Positions 8,240 through 15,654 of a stretch of DNA of 64,000 nt are shown one piece after another. Both the position numbers and the translations under genes were made by a program. Location of the stretch: the IMG/VR virus record IMGVR_UViG_3300021139_002062; one strand, given 5' to 3'. The DNA comes from a virus. Under the pieces are notes generated by a model that was given only the letters and a program-made list of their open reading frames with translations, ran no database searches and was not told the DNA's origin. Within the stretch, counting starts at the first letter, position 1; each line of letters starts with the position of its first letter.

Positions 8240-8877
8240 CAACATCATCTTACTACAAAATCAATGCGGGTCATTTTGGATTGGAAATTGCCATTTGTTT
8301 TTCAGATGAGAGTTACCAACAAGTCGTCAAGGATTCGGGTATTACAGGGCGGCACCACGCTCTTGAAACTGGTATGGCAGAATCCCATTATATCGCCCAG
8401 GAAGGATCTTTAAATGCCTTAATGTGCATCGTATTTAACTATGAAGAGATGCGTAAATTGGACGATTTGGAACGATTGGGGGTTATTTACCATGAAGTAT
8501 CCCACACCACCACCCATGTGTTTCAGTACATTGGGGAAGATGAAACAAAAATCGGGGACGAATCAAGATCCTACTTAGGGGAACATCTTTTCAAACAAGT
8601 TGTTGCCGTTTATTTAAAAGAGGAAGAAAATCGCAAAAATGCTAGAAAAAGAAATCGAGAACTATCTAATAAAAAGAGTCAAGCAATCGTCGGGGCTCTG
8701 CTACAAATGGTTGGGCACGATAACGGGGGTACCGGACAGAATTGTAATACTGAACCAAAAAGTGATGTTTGTGGAGCTGAAGACACAAAAGGGAGTGCTG
8801 TCAGCCCGCCAAAAATTGATTTTCTCGGAGTTGGACAGCCAAGGATTTCCAGTAACAATTATCCGCAGCAAGTCTGA
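8236..8877 (+). CDS. HExxH-motif (putative metallopeptidase-like) protein; 3' end uncertain
   Basis: Contains IYHEVSHTTTH. The last 239 nt overlap the VRR-NUC gene in another frame. Confidence 0.45.
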   Translation: MTTSSYYKINAGHFGLEIAICFSDESYQQVVKDSGITGRHHALETGMAESHYIAQEGSLNALMCIVFNYEEMRKLDDLERLGVIYHEVSHTTTHVFQYIGEDETKIGDESRSYLGEHLFKQVVAVYLKEEENRKNARKRNRELSNKKSQAIVGALLQMVGHDNGGTGQNCNTEPKSDVCGAEDTKGSAVSPPKIDFLGVGQPRISSNNYPQQV

Positions 8878-8923
8878 CGTGGAGAACTTTATTGAAAATG
8901 CTAAAAAGAACACAACTACATAA
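8639..8923 (+). CDS. VRR-NUC domain nuclease
   Basis: 94 aa with GVPDRIV...VMFVELK (D...ExK) spacing typical of VRR-NUC. It lies next to SNF2, as in many phage replication modules. Confidence 0.8.
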   Translation: MLEKEIENYLIKRVKQSSGLCYKWLGTITGVPDRIVILNQKVMFVELKTQKGVLSARQKLIFSELDSQGFPVTIIRSKSDVENFIENAKKNTTT

Positions 8924-10226
8924 ATACCAAACTGATATAATAGATAAGGCCAAAACAACGCCAAACATAGGTTTGTTTTTAGAACCCGGCTTGGGTAAAA
9001 CAACAACGGCCTTAACAATTATTGCAGAACAGTTCAAAGGCACAACACTAATAGTGGCTCCTAAACGAGTGGCCGAAAGTGTATGGGAGCAAGAAATTAA
9101 AAAATGGGAGCATTTATGTCATTTAAAAGTTGCCAAGGTGATGGGATCACCGAAACAAAGAATCGACTCATTGTCGAGTATATCCGACGTGTATATTGTC
9201 AATTTAGAGAACTTGGTCTGGTTATTAGAGCAGAATCAAAAGTTCGACTACCTAATTTTAGACGAAAGTTCGAGATTCAAAGACCCATCAACAAAGAGGT
9301 TCAAGGCACTCAAGAAACACCTAAAGAATTTCAAAAGGCGAATTATCCTGACTGGTACCCCGACCCCGCAGAGCTTGCAAGACTTGTGGTCGCAAGTAGG
9401 TATTCTCGACCTAGGGGAAAGATTGGAGACGAGTCTGACGAAGTTTCGGGACAAGTACATGGACGCCGGTCAAAGGAATAGGCACACGGGCGTGGTTTAT
9501 AATTGGGTGCCAAAATCAACCAGTAGTTTACTTATACAAGAGAAAATAAACGACATTTGTTTTTCCTTGAAGGCGCAGGACTACCTGCAGTTACCAAAAT
9601 TAACCAAGTTGTACCACAAAATTACCATTGACAAAGGAGTGCGAACCCAGTATGACGAACTTAAAAGAGACATGGTCCTTGATACCGATACGGGGAACAT
9701 CACGGCTACAACAGCAGCGACACTGGCGGGCAAACTACTTCAGTTCACCTCGGGCACAGTTTATGGAGAAGACGGAGAAACACAAGAGATACACCGTGCT
9801 AAACTGGAATTCCTTGAAGAGATGTTGGAAGGCAGTTCTACCCCCACACTCATATTCTATCACTTCAAACACTCGTTATCGCGCCTGCGACTCTGTTTCC
9901 CCGAGGCTGTGGTGCTGGACGACGACAACATTGAGGCGTGGCGTAGCGGTAAGATTCGTGTGCTCCTTGCCCACCCACAGTCAGGCGGAATCGGGATCAA
10001 TTTACAGTGCAACATTGGCGAAACAGCCCAAACGGTGTGGTTTGATTTACCATGGAGTGCAGAGAATTACATCCAAGCCAACGCAAGGATTTACCGCCAA
10101 GGGCAGGAGAAACCGGTTATCATACACCATCTAGCCATTGAGAATACGGTTGATGAGCGGGTCATTGATGTATTAGAGGGTAAAATTAATTTACAAGACG
10201 CCGTATTGGAATCACTAAAATTATGA
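8898..10226 (+). CDS. SNF2-family DNA helicase / translocase
   Basis: Motif I EPGLGKT, motif II ILDESSRFK, and a helicase-C block (HPQSGGIGINLQ, QANARIYRQGQ). ATG 8898 is preferred over TTG 8892. Confidence 0.85.
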   Translation: MLKRTQLHKYQTDIIDKAKTTPNIGLFLEPGLGKTTTALTIIAEQFKGTTLIVAPKRVAESVWEQEIKKWEHLCHLKVAKVMGSPKQRIDSLSSISDVYIVNLENLVWLLEQNQKFDYLILDESSRFKDPSTKRFKALKKHLKNFKRRIILTGTPTPQSLQDLWSQVGILDLGERLETSLTKFRDKYMDAGQRNRHTGVVYNWVPKSTSSLLIQEKINDICFSLKAQDYLQLPKLTKLYHKITIDKGVRTQYDELKRDMVLDTDTGNITATTAATLAGKLLQFTSGTVYGEDGETQEIHRAKLEFLEEMLEGSSTPTLIFYHFKHSLSRLRLCFPEAVVLDDDNIEAWRSGKIRVLLAHPQSGGIGINLQCNIGETAQTVWFDLPWSAENYIQANARIYRQGQEKPVIIHHLAIENTVDERVIDVLEGKINLQDAVLESLKL

Positions 10227-10528
10227 CATTAAAAATACAAGCCGTAGTGCCACGATTATCGGATGAAGATCCAGATCCGTTGGAGCAAGATGAAACTGAC
10301 AATGTATCCTCCAGTAGTATTGAAAGTAGTGGGTGGTTGTTATGGGACAGTGAAGACATTGCTGACATAAAACGCCTTATTGAACATCGCATGCCAAAAA
10401 AACAACAGCAAATTTTTAATGCATTCTTACAAGGATTGTCGTATAATGACATTCATGTTAGTGAAAAGTATTGGCGTTACCATTTTTTGTTAGGCATTGA
10501 ATTTTTAAAAAAGGAATTAAAAATATGA
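10223..10528 (+). CDS. Acidic N-terminus plus sigma-70 region-4 / LuxR-like HTH protein (candidate transcription factor)
   Basis: MPKKQQQIFNAFLQGLSYNDIHVSEKYWRYHFLLGIEFLKKEL resembles the sigma region 4.2 / GerE pattern (recalled). Confidence 0.4.
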   Translation: MTLKIQAVVPRLSDEDPDPLEQDETDNVSSSSIESSGWLLWDSEDIADIKRLIEHRMPKKQQQIFNAFLQGLSYNDIHVSEKYWRYHFLLGIEFLKKELKI

Positions 10529-10701
10529 TATTTGTTATGGAGTATGAAAAGGGACACCCTTGGCGGTTTCATACGGTTATTAGTACGAAAGATGAGATTA
10601 ATCCTAGTGAGTTTAAGTACCCGATTAAAAACTTATTTTTCTGTGAAACCATTGACGAGGCTATAATGGTGATTGACGAACTAACGGAGTTAAATAAATG
10701 A
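10525..10701 (+). CDS. Hypothetical protein (58 aa)
   Basis: Hand-translated ORF, ATGA-coupled on both sides. Confidence 0.5.
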   Translation: MIFVMEYEKGHPWRFHTVISTKDEINPSEFKYPIKNLFFCETIDEAIMVIDELTELNK

Positions 10702-10919
10702 ATGACCCAGTAAACAGCCCAAGTCATTATCGGCAACACCCTTCGGGGGTGGAGTGTATTCAAATTACCGAACACATGGGGTTCAATTTAGGGAATGCCA
10801 TTAAGTACATTTGGCGTGCAGATTTTAAAAACAACGCCATTGAGGACTTAAAGAAGGCAGAGTTTTATGTTAAGCGGGAAATTATTCGACGTAGCAAACT
10901 AGGGGAGTGCGGAAAATGA
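10698..10919 (+). CDS. DUF3310-family protein
   Basis: VNSPSHY...GVECIQI...GNAIKYIWRA..K...EDLKKAEFY is the hallmark DUF3310 pattern (recalled). Confidence 0.75.
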   Translation: MNDPVNSPSHYRQHPSGVECIQITEHMGFNLGNAIKYIWRADFKNNAIEDLKKAEFYVKREIIRRSKLGECGK

Positions 10920-11146
10920 TATTGAAGTTAAAAGATGCTTTTGCTGATGAAATTGTTCGGCATAATTTAATGGACAACTACATACGGTTAAAGGCTGAAT
11001 TAAAAACCAAAAAGGACATTCACGAAGACGACATTGTTGCTTATAAAAAAGTCGTAAAGGCGATTGAAGTGCTTGGTACATGGTACTTCACTGACTTTGA
11101 AGGCGACGTTAAAGAGTATAAGAAACTAATGGAGGAAAACAAATGA
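10916..11146 (+). CDS. Hypothetical protein (76 aa)
   Basis: ATG 10916 is in an ATGA overlap. Confidence 0.6.
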   Translation: MILKLKDAFADEIVRHNLMDNYIRLKAELKTKKDIHEDDIVAYKKVVKAIEVLGTWYFTDFEGDVKEYKKLMEENK

Positions 11147-11442
11147 ATAAGTTTGTCGACTTGGAAGACGCCATTATGGCGGTTTGGACAACCAACGAGG
11201 ATTTGAAGTTGTTCTTAGAGTTTTACTACGATGGCCCCCAAGAAATGACGATTGACGAGGCATACAATCATTTAGAAGGTCTTCGCTGCGTATTCAATCT
11301 GCGCATGGAAAAACTATTTGACACATATAAGCGAAAGTTTGAACTAGATGAGTATTGCGAAGATCCCGAAATCCTAGCAGTAAGGCAAGACTTATTTAAT
11401 TTATACCACGAACCTAAAAAGGAAGAAGAAAATAATGGATGA
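11143..11442 (+). CDS. Hypothetical acidic protein (99 aa)
   Basis: ATGA-coupled ORF. Confidence 0.6.
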   Translation: MNKFVDLEDAIMAVWTTNEDLKLFLEFYYDGPQEMTIDEAYNHLEGLRCVFNLRMEKLFDTYKRKFELDEYCEDPEILAVRQDLFNLYHEPKKEEENNG

Positions 11443-11656
11443 TCAACAATACGACCCAATTGAAAACGAGGTATTGAACTTTAGTTTCACTATTAAACAA
11501 ATTAATTACATTTTAAGCATTTTGGCAGAGGTGCCGTTTGCCAAATCCGCAACGGCAATTACCTGGATTAATATGCAAGGCGAGCCTCAATTTCAACAGA
11601 TACTAGAAAGGACAGCAGATGAATCTCAGACAACTCCTAAAGAAAGCGGGAATTAG
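11435..11656 (+). CDS. Hypothetical protein (73 aa)
   Basis: ORF in an operon context. Confidence 0.55.
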   Translation: MDDQQYDPIENEVLNFSFTIKQINYILSILAEVPFAKSATAITWINMQGEPQFQQILERTADESQTTPKESGN

Positions 11657-11840
11657 TAACGATATCATTAAGGAAGTAGAACGAAAAGCCCAACAAACCA
11701 CTGCCGAACAAGAAAGGGAGCACCAAGAAAAAGCAATGGCAATGACAAAAATGATGATAAATGAAGTACTTAGGGCAAATCAAACTGCCCAAAATGCTCC
11801 GCCCGTACCCAAAAAGCGAACAATTATTGTGCCTGATTAA
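11619..11840 (+). CDS. Hypothetical protein (73 aa)
   Basis: ORF. Its stop TAA is the first triplet of promoter-like motif P1. Confidence 0.5.
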   Translation: MNLRQLLKKAGISNDIIKEVERKAQQTTAEQEREHQEKAMAMTKMMINEVLRANQTAQNAPPVPKKRTIIVPD

Positions 11841-11879
11841 GGGCGAAAACACCTCGTTTTTTGCATTAGTAAATATAGG
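11838..11879 (+). promoter_or_regulatory. Phage-specific promoter-like motif P1 (TAAGGGCG-N17-GCATTAGT-N6-AGG)
   Basis: Same two-block motif as the six minus-strand copies. It points into the tRNA and downstream genes. Confidence 0.6.
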
Positions 11880-11917
11880 AAGTAAGTCACGTTGGGAAAC
11901 GCACTGAAACCTTCTGC

Positions 11918-11992
11918 GTCTCGTTGGTGTTAACGGTAGCATGACGGTCTCCAAAACCGTTGGTTGGGGTTCAAATCCCTAACGGGTCGCCA
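11918..11992 (+). tRNA. trnW: tRNA-Trp (anticodon CCA), CCA-encoded
   Basis: Hand-folded. The anticodon stem ACGGT/ACCGT is perfect, with loop CTCCAAA. The T-arm is TGGGG-TTCAAAT-CCCTA. The acceptor stem GTCTCGT/ACGGGTC has one U-U mismatch at 2:71. The D-arm is weak (G-U pairs) and the variable loop is 4 nt. Confidence 0.65.
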
Positions 11993-12013
11993 CATTTAAA
12001 CTGGAAAAACACA

Positions 12014-12163
12014 ATGGCAAAACCAGGACTTTACGAAAATATTCACAAAAAACAAGAGCGCATCAAGGCAGGTTCTGGAGAAAAGATGCGTAAACTAGGC
12101 ACCAAGGGTGCCCCAACTGCGAAAGCATTTAAAGAATCTGCTAAGACAGCAAAGGCTAAATAA
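12014..12163 (+). CDS. Small basic protein (49 aa)
   Basis: MAKPGLYENIHKKQERIKAGSGEKMRK... ATG 12014. The track ORF start overlaps the tRNA. Confidence 0.55.
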   Translation: MAKPGLYENIHKKQERIKAGSGEKMRKLGTKGAPTAKAFKESAKTAKAK

Positions 12164-12438
12164 TGGCAACTAAACACGATAAACCAATTCCACACAAGAC
12201 TACTGGTAAGGGCAAGACATACAACAAAACCGAACAAGGTGCTGGTATGACTGCCAAGGGTCGTGCAGAGTACAACGCCAAGAACAACAGCAATTTAAAG
12301 CCTCCAGCACCCCACCCAAAAACTGAATCTGATAAAGGTCGTAAAGCCTCATTTTGCGCGCGCATGGAAGGCGTAGTTAGAAAATCAAAAGGCCCCGCTG
12401 AAAGAGCAAAGGCATCACTTAAAAACTGGAATTGTTAA
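12163..12438 (+). CDS. Small basic protein (91 aa)
   Basis: ORF in a TAATG overlap. It is Lys/Gly-rich and carries an SFCARMEG motif. Confidence 0.55.
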   Translation: MATKHDKPIPHKTTGKGKTYNKTEQGAGMTAKGRAEYNAKNNSNLKPPAPHPKTESDKGRKASFCARMEGVVRKSKGPAERAKASLKNWNC

Positions 12439-12830
12439 TGGCAACCAAAAAACCACATCCGTTTACAAAAACATTTACCAAAGAAATGGCAGATACCATT
12501 TTGGAACTTGGTAAACAAGGCAAATCCCAAAAAGCCATGTATGCGGCTATCAATATCAGTAAAAACACAGCGGCAAAGTGGAAAGAAGAAAATCCAGAGT
12601 TTAAAGAAACCATGGATCTTGCCACTACATATGGTCAAGCATATTGGGAAAATATGATGTTGGCTAATATAGATAACCGAACTTTCAATTCCCGAGTTGC
12701 TGAAATAGCTTTGCGTGGTCAATATCCCGACGATTATAAAGATAGTCGTGAAATCAAGGCAAACATCAAACAGGAAGTTGTTGTTGATTTTAACAAAGAA
12801 ATAGCAGAATTACTTTCAGCATTAAAGTAG
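12438..12830 (+). CDS. Terminase small-subunit-like HTH DNA-binding protein
   Basis: N-terminal GKSQKAMYAAINISKNTAAKWKEENPEFKE HTH followed by a helical region, the pattern of gp3/Terminase_5-type TerS (recalled). It lies far from terL. Confidence 0.45.
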   Translation: MATKKPHPFTKTFTKEMADTILELGKQGKSQKAMYAAINISKNTAAKWKEENPEFKETMDLATTYGQAYWENMMLANIDNRTFNSRVAEIALRGQYPDDYKDSREIKANIKQEVVVDFNKEIAELLSALK

Positions 12831-12913
12831 TACAAATCAACGGACGAACAGGGTAGCTCCCCCGCTGGTGCCTATACATCAGCTAGTCCACCAATTACTT
12901 ATAGGAGTGCCAA

Positions 12914-13414
12914 ATAAAAACATGTATAAAATGTGGTTTTGAAAAACCACTGTCTGCATTTCATAAGAAAAAAGCAAATAAGGATGGGTTTCAGAATACA
13001 TGCAAACTATGCCGTATATTGGATAATCGTCTTCATTATGAGCAAAACAGACAAAAAAGGTTAGATAGCCAAAAAGAATATTATAAAAATAACTCCGAAA
13101 AAGTTAAAAATTTTGGGAAACAATGGCGAAAATTAAATAAAAAACATTGCGAAGATTATGATTTATTTAAAAAACATGGTATAGATTCTTCTGAAAAATT
13201 AAAAATGATTGAAAATCAGAATAACTGTTGTGCAATATGTGAAGAACAATTTAAAAATAAAAGACACACGCATGTCGACCACGACCATAAAACTGGAAAA
13301 ATAAGAGCAATTCTATGTCATGGATGTAATACAGGAATTGGATTATTAAAAGAATCGACAAATATTTTAAAATCTGCTATACTGTACCTTGATAAACACT
13401 CTAACAAGGAATAA
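12914..13414 (+). CDS. Endonuclease VII-family (HNH-like) nuclease with N-terminal zinc ribbon; non-canonical start
   Basis: CAICEE...HVDHDHKTGKIRAILCHGCNTGIG is the T4 endo VII signature. An in-frame CIKC...CKLC zinc ribbon lies upstream of the track start (TTG 13019) with no ATG/GTG/TTG. AGGAG (12903-12907) lies 6 nt before ATA 12914. Confidence 0.7.
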   Translation: MKTCIKCGFEKPLSAFHKKKANKDGFQNTCKLCRILDNRLHYEQNRQKRLDSQKEYYKNNSEKVKNFGKQWRKLNKKHCEDYDLFKKHGIDSSEKLKMIENQNNCCAICEEQFKNKRHTHVDHDHKTGKIRAILCHGCNTGIGLLKESTNILKSAILYLDKHSNKE

Positions 13415-13416
13415 TT

Positions 13417-14541
13417 GTGACTTCACACGCTTTATTAAGCCCGTCATCGGCACATAGATGGCTCCATTGTACGCCTTCAGCTAGGCTTGAAAGTACTTTA
13501 CCAGAACCTAAAAAACGTGATGGGCAAAAAGATTTTTCTGCTGAAGGAACTTTAGCACATAGTTTATCTGAAGCAAAATTACGCTATCAGTTGGATCAAA
13601 TACCTACTGATGAATATGAAAAAGAAATAGCAAAAATTAAAGAGCATCCGCTATATTCAGAAGAACTAGAAGAAGTTTCAGACACATATGTTAACTTCAT
13701 AAGATCCCAAATTGGTATTGACGATAAGGTTTTTGTGGAGGTAAAAGTTGATCTTGGTGAATATGTAGTTGAATCTTTCGGCACTTCAGATTGCGTTATT
13801 ATCAGCAAAAATAAAATAACGGTTGCGGATTTAAAAGCTGGTGCTGGTGTTCCTGTTTCAGCAGTTAATAATGAGCAACTTCGTTTATACTGTTTAGGAG
13901 CATACGAGCGTTATAAGAGTGAGTTTCCAGAAATTAAAGAAGTTCGAACTATCATTGTCCAGCCTCGCCTTAATTCAGTTACAGAAGATCAAACAACTAT
14001 TGCTAAGTTGATTGAGTGGGGGAAATATTATGTTAAAAACCGCGCTCAAAAGGCGTATCTAGGTATTGGTGAATTTGTTCCTGGGGAAAAACAATGTCAA
14101 TTTTGTAGAGCAAAATCCCAATGTCGTGCAAGAGCAGACTTTAATATGGCTCTTGCCCAAATTGAATTTAGGGAACCATCTCTCCTTAGTGCAGAAGAAA
14201 TTGCCAATGTTTTACCTAAAGCACAAAGCCTCAAAACTTGGGTAAATGATGTTGAAGAATTTGTGCTTAACCAAGCAATCGAAAAAAACATCCTACCAAA
14301 AGGATACAAATTAGGCACCACAGTAACCCACCGTAAAATTGGAGATGCTCAACTGGCTGCAACGGTATTAATGGAGCATGGATTACCTGCGGAACAACTT
14401 TGGGAACCACCCAAATTGAAATCCTTGGCGGCGTTAGAAAAGATTGGTCCCAAAGGCAAAGTGGCGGGTTGGTTAGGTGACTTAGTAATTCGCCCAGAAG
14501 GTCAACCAAAGTTAGTTCGAATCAAAGAGGACTTTGAATGA
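13417..14541 (+). CDS. PD-(D/E)XK Cas4/RecB-like exonuclease (DUF2800-type)
   Basis: GTG start. Contains SPSSAHRWLHC, TSDCVII...VADLK and a C-terminal CQFCRAKSQC Cys cluster. Confidence 0.8.
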   Translation: MTSHALLSPSSAHRWLHCTPSARLESTLPEPKKRDGQKDFSAEGTLAHSLSEAKLRYQLDQIPTDEYEKEIAKIKEHPLYSEELEEVSDTYVNFIRSQIGIDDKVFVEVKVDLGEYVVESFGTSDCVIISKNKITVADLKAGAGVPVSAVNNEQLRLYCLGAYERYKSEFPEIKEVRTIIVQPRLNSVTEDQTTIAKLIEWGKYYVKNRAQKAYLGIGEFVPGEKQCQFCRAKSQCRARADFNMALAQIEFREPSLLSAEEIANVLPKAQSLKTWVNDVEEFVLNQAIEKNILPKGYKLGTTVTHRKIGDAQLAATVLMEHGLPAEQLWEPPKLKSLAALEKIGPKGKVAGWLGDLVIRPEGQPKLVRIKEDFE

Positions 14542-14687
14542 ACACTTGGCTAATTGGCGGTATTGGGATTGTTTATTTATTTGTAGCCATACAATTTTTT
14601 ATGAAAGGCCAAGTAGGCATGGGAATCTCATTCCTAGGGTACGCCCTAGGTAATGTGGGTTTAATGATTGCAACACAACAACTATAA
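14538..14687 (+). CDS. Small two-TM membrane peptide (49 aa)
   Basis: ATGA overlap. Sequence: MNTWLIGGIGIVYLFVAIQFFMKGQVGMGISFLGYALGNVGLMIATQQL. Confidence 0.5.
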   Translation: MNTWLIGGIGIVYLFVAIQFFMKGQVGMGISFLGYALGNVGLMIATQQL

Positions 14688-14698
14688 GGAAGTCCATC

Positions 14699-14956
14699 AT
14701 GCAGGTTCAATGCCTAGGAAACACCGTAGAAGTGCCAGATTACTTAATCGATTCTTATGTGAAGAATTTTGATGGTTTACCAGGAAGCGGTCAAAGAGAT
14801 TCTGTGTTACAATTACGAAATAGTGTTTATGAAGTGTTTGACTATTTGGCAGAAGATCCAGAAATTTTTGAAGAAAAAGAGTTTCAAGAGGATTTTATTA
14901 AGGCATTAGCAGTATATCGTGCATTAGAAATACATGGCTTGTTGCACGACGCATAA
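14699..14956 (+). CDS. Hypothetical acidic protein (85 aa)
   Basis: ORF with an AAGGAAG RBS. Confidence 0.6.
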   Translation: MQVQCLGNTVEVPDYLIDSYVKNFDGLPGSGQRDSVLQLRNSVYEVFDYLAEDPEIFEEKEFQEDFIKALAVYRALEIHGLLHDA

Positions 14957-14969
14957 AATCATGTATAAT
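14942..14969 (+). promoter_or_regulatory. Sigma70-type promoter candidate (TTGCAC-N16-TATAAT)
   Basis: -35 TTGCAC at 14942-14947 and -10 TATAAT at 14964-14969, preceded by TG. It lies 65 nt upstream of the SSB gene. Confidence 0.5.
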
Positions 14970-15033
14970 GCTAATATGGGTAGACGAATTGACCCCAACT
15001 GAAGTTCAATTCTAACGTTAAAAGGAGTTTTAT

Positions 15034-15549
15034 ATGCAGTCCAACAAAGTAAAAGTAGTAACAGGTAAAGTTCGTTTTTCATATGCCAATGTATTTGTTC
15101 CAAAGGCAAGTATGGAGGGAGGCACACCAAAATATTCCGTATCGATTTTGATTCCAAAGTCCGATAAAGAAGGTGTGGCTAAATTGCAAAAAGCATTTGA
15201 AGATTGCAAGACAAGTAACGCTGCATTTTTTGGCGGATCAGTGCCAAAAATGTTGAAAGGTGGATTGCGTGACGGCGATGTTGAGAAAGAAGACGAAGCA
15301 TATGCTGGTCACTATTTTATCAATGCCAATTCAGCACAAAAGCCAGACATTGTAGATGCCAATCGTGAGGCACTGTTTGATCAAAACGATTTCTACAGTG
15401 GCTGTTATGGTCGTGCTTCAGTAACATTTTATCCATACAATGCACAAGGTTCCAAAGGCATTGCTTGTGGGTTAAATAACTTACAGAAGTTAGAAGATGG
15501 TGAGAAGTTAGGTGGCAGTTCTTCTGCTGCCGCAGATTTCGCAGTATAG
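15034..15549 (+). CDS. Phage ssDNA-binding protein (DUF2815-type)
   Basis: 171 aa. The N-terminal VVTGKVRFSYANVF and Gly/aromatic OB-fold pattern are typical of DUF2815, which partners with DUF2800 and PolA. Confidence 0.7.
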   Translation: MQSNKVKVVTGKVRFSYANVFVPKASMEGGTPKYSVSILIPKSDKEGVAKLQKAFEDCKTSNAAFFGGSVPKMLKGGLRDGDVEKEDEAYAGHYFINANSAQKPDIVDANREALFDQNDFYSGCYGRASVTFYPYNAQGSKGIACGLNNLQKLEDGEKLGGSSSAAADFAV

Positions 15550-15557
15550 TAACACGG

Positions 15558-15582
15558 CTTAGGGTAATGCCCTAAGTTTTTT
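15558..15582 (+). terminator. Rho-independent terminator
   Basis: Stem CTTAGGG/CCCTAAG, loop TAATG, then T6. Confidence 0.75.
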
Positions 15583-15654
15583 GTAGTATGGGGAGTGTCC
15601 ATAGAAACTGTGGCCTCCCTTTTTTATCAACACATAACAAATAGAGAACCCAAT

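Noticed and set aside
9104-10134. 125-aa and 168-aa alternative-frame ORFs inside the SNF2 gene.
   Set aside because: The helicase motifs are continuous in the main frame. These ORFs lack RBSs and are Arg/Ser-rich shadow frames.
11918-11992. The tRNA as a prophage attachment site, or the window as an integrated prophage.
   Set aside because: There is no integrase, excisionase, repressor module or flanking host genes. The tRNA lies inside a phage operon behind a phage promoter-like motif.
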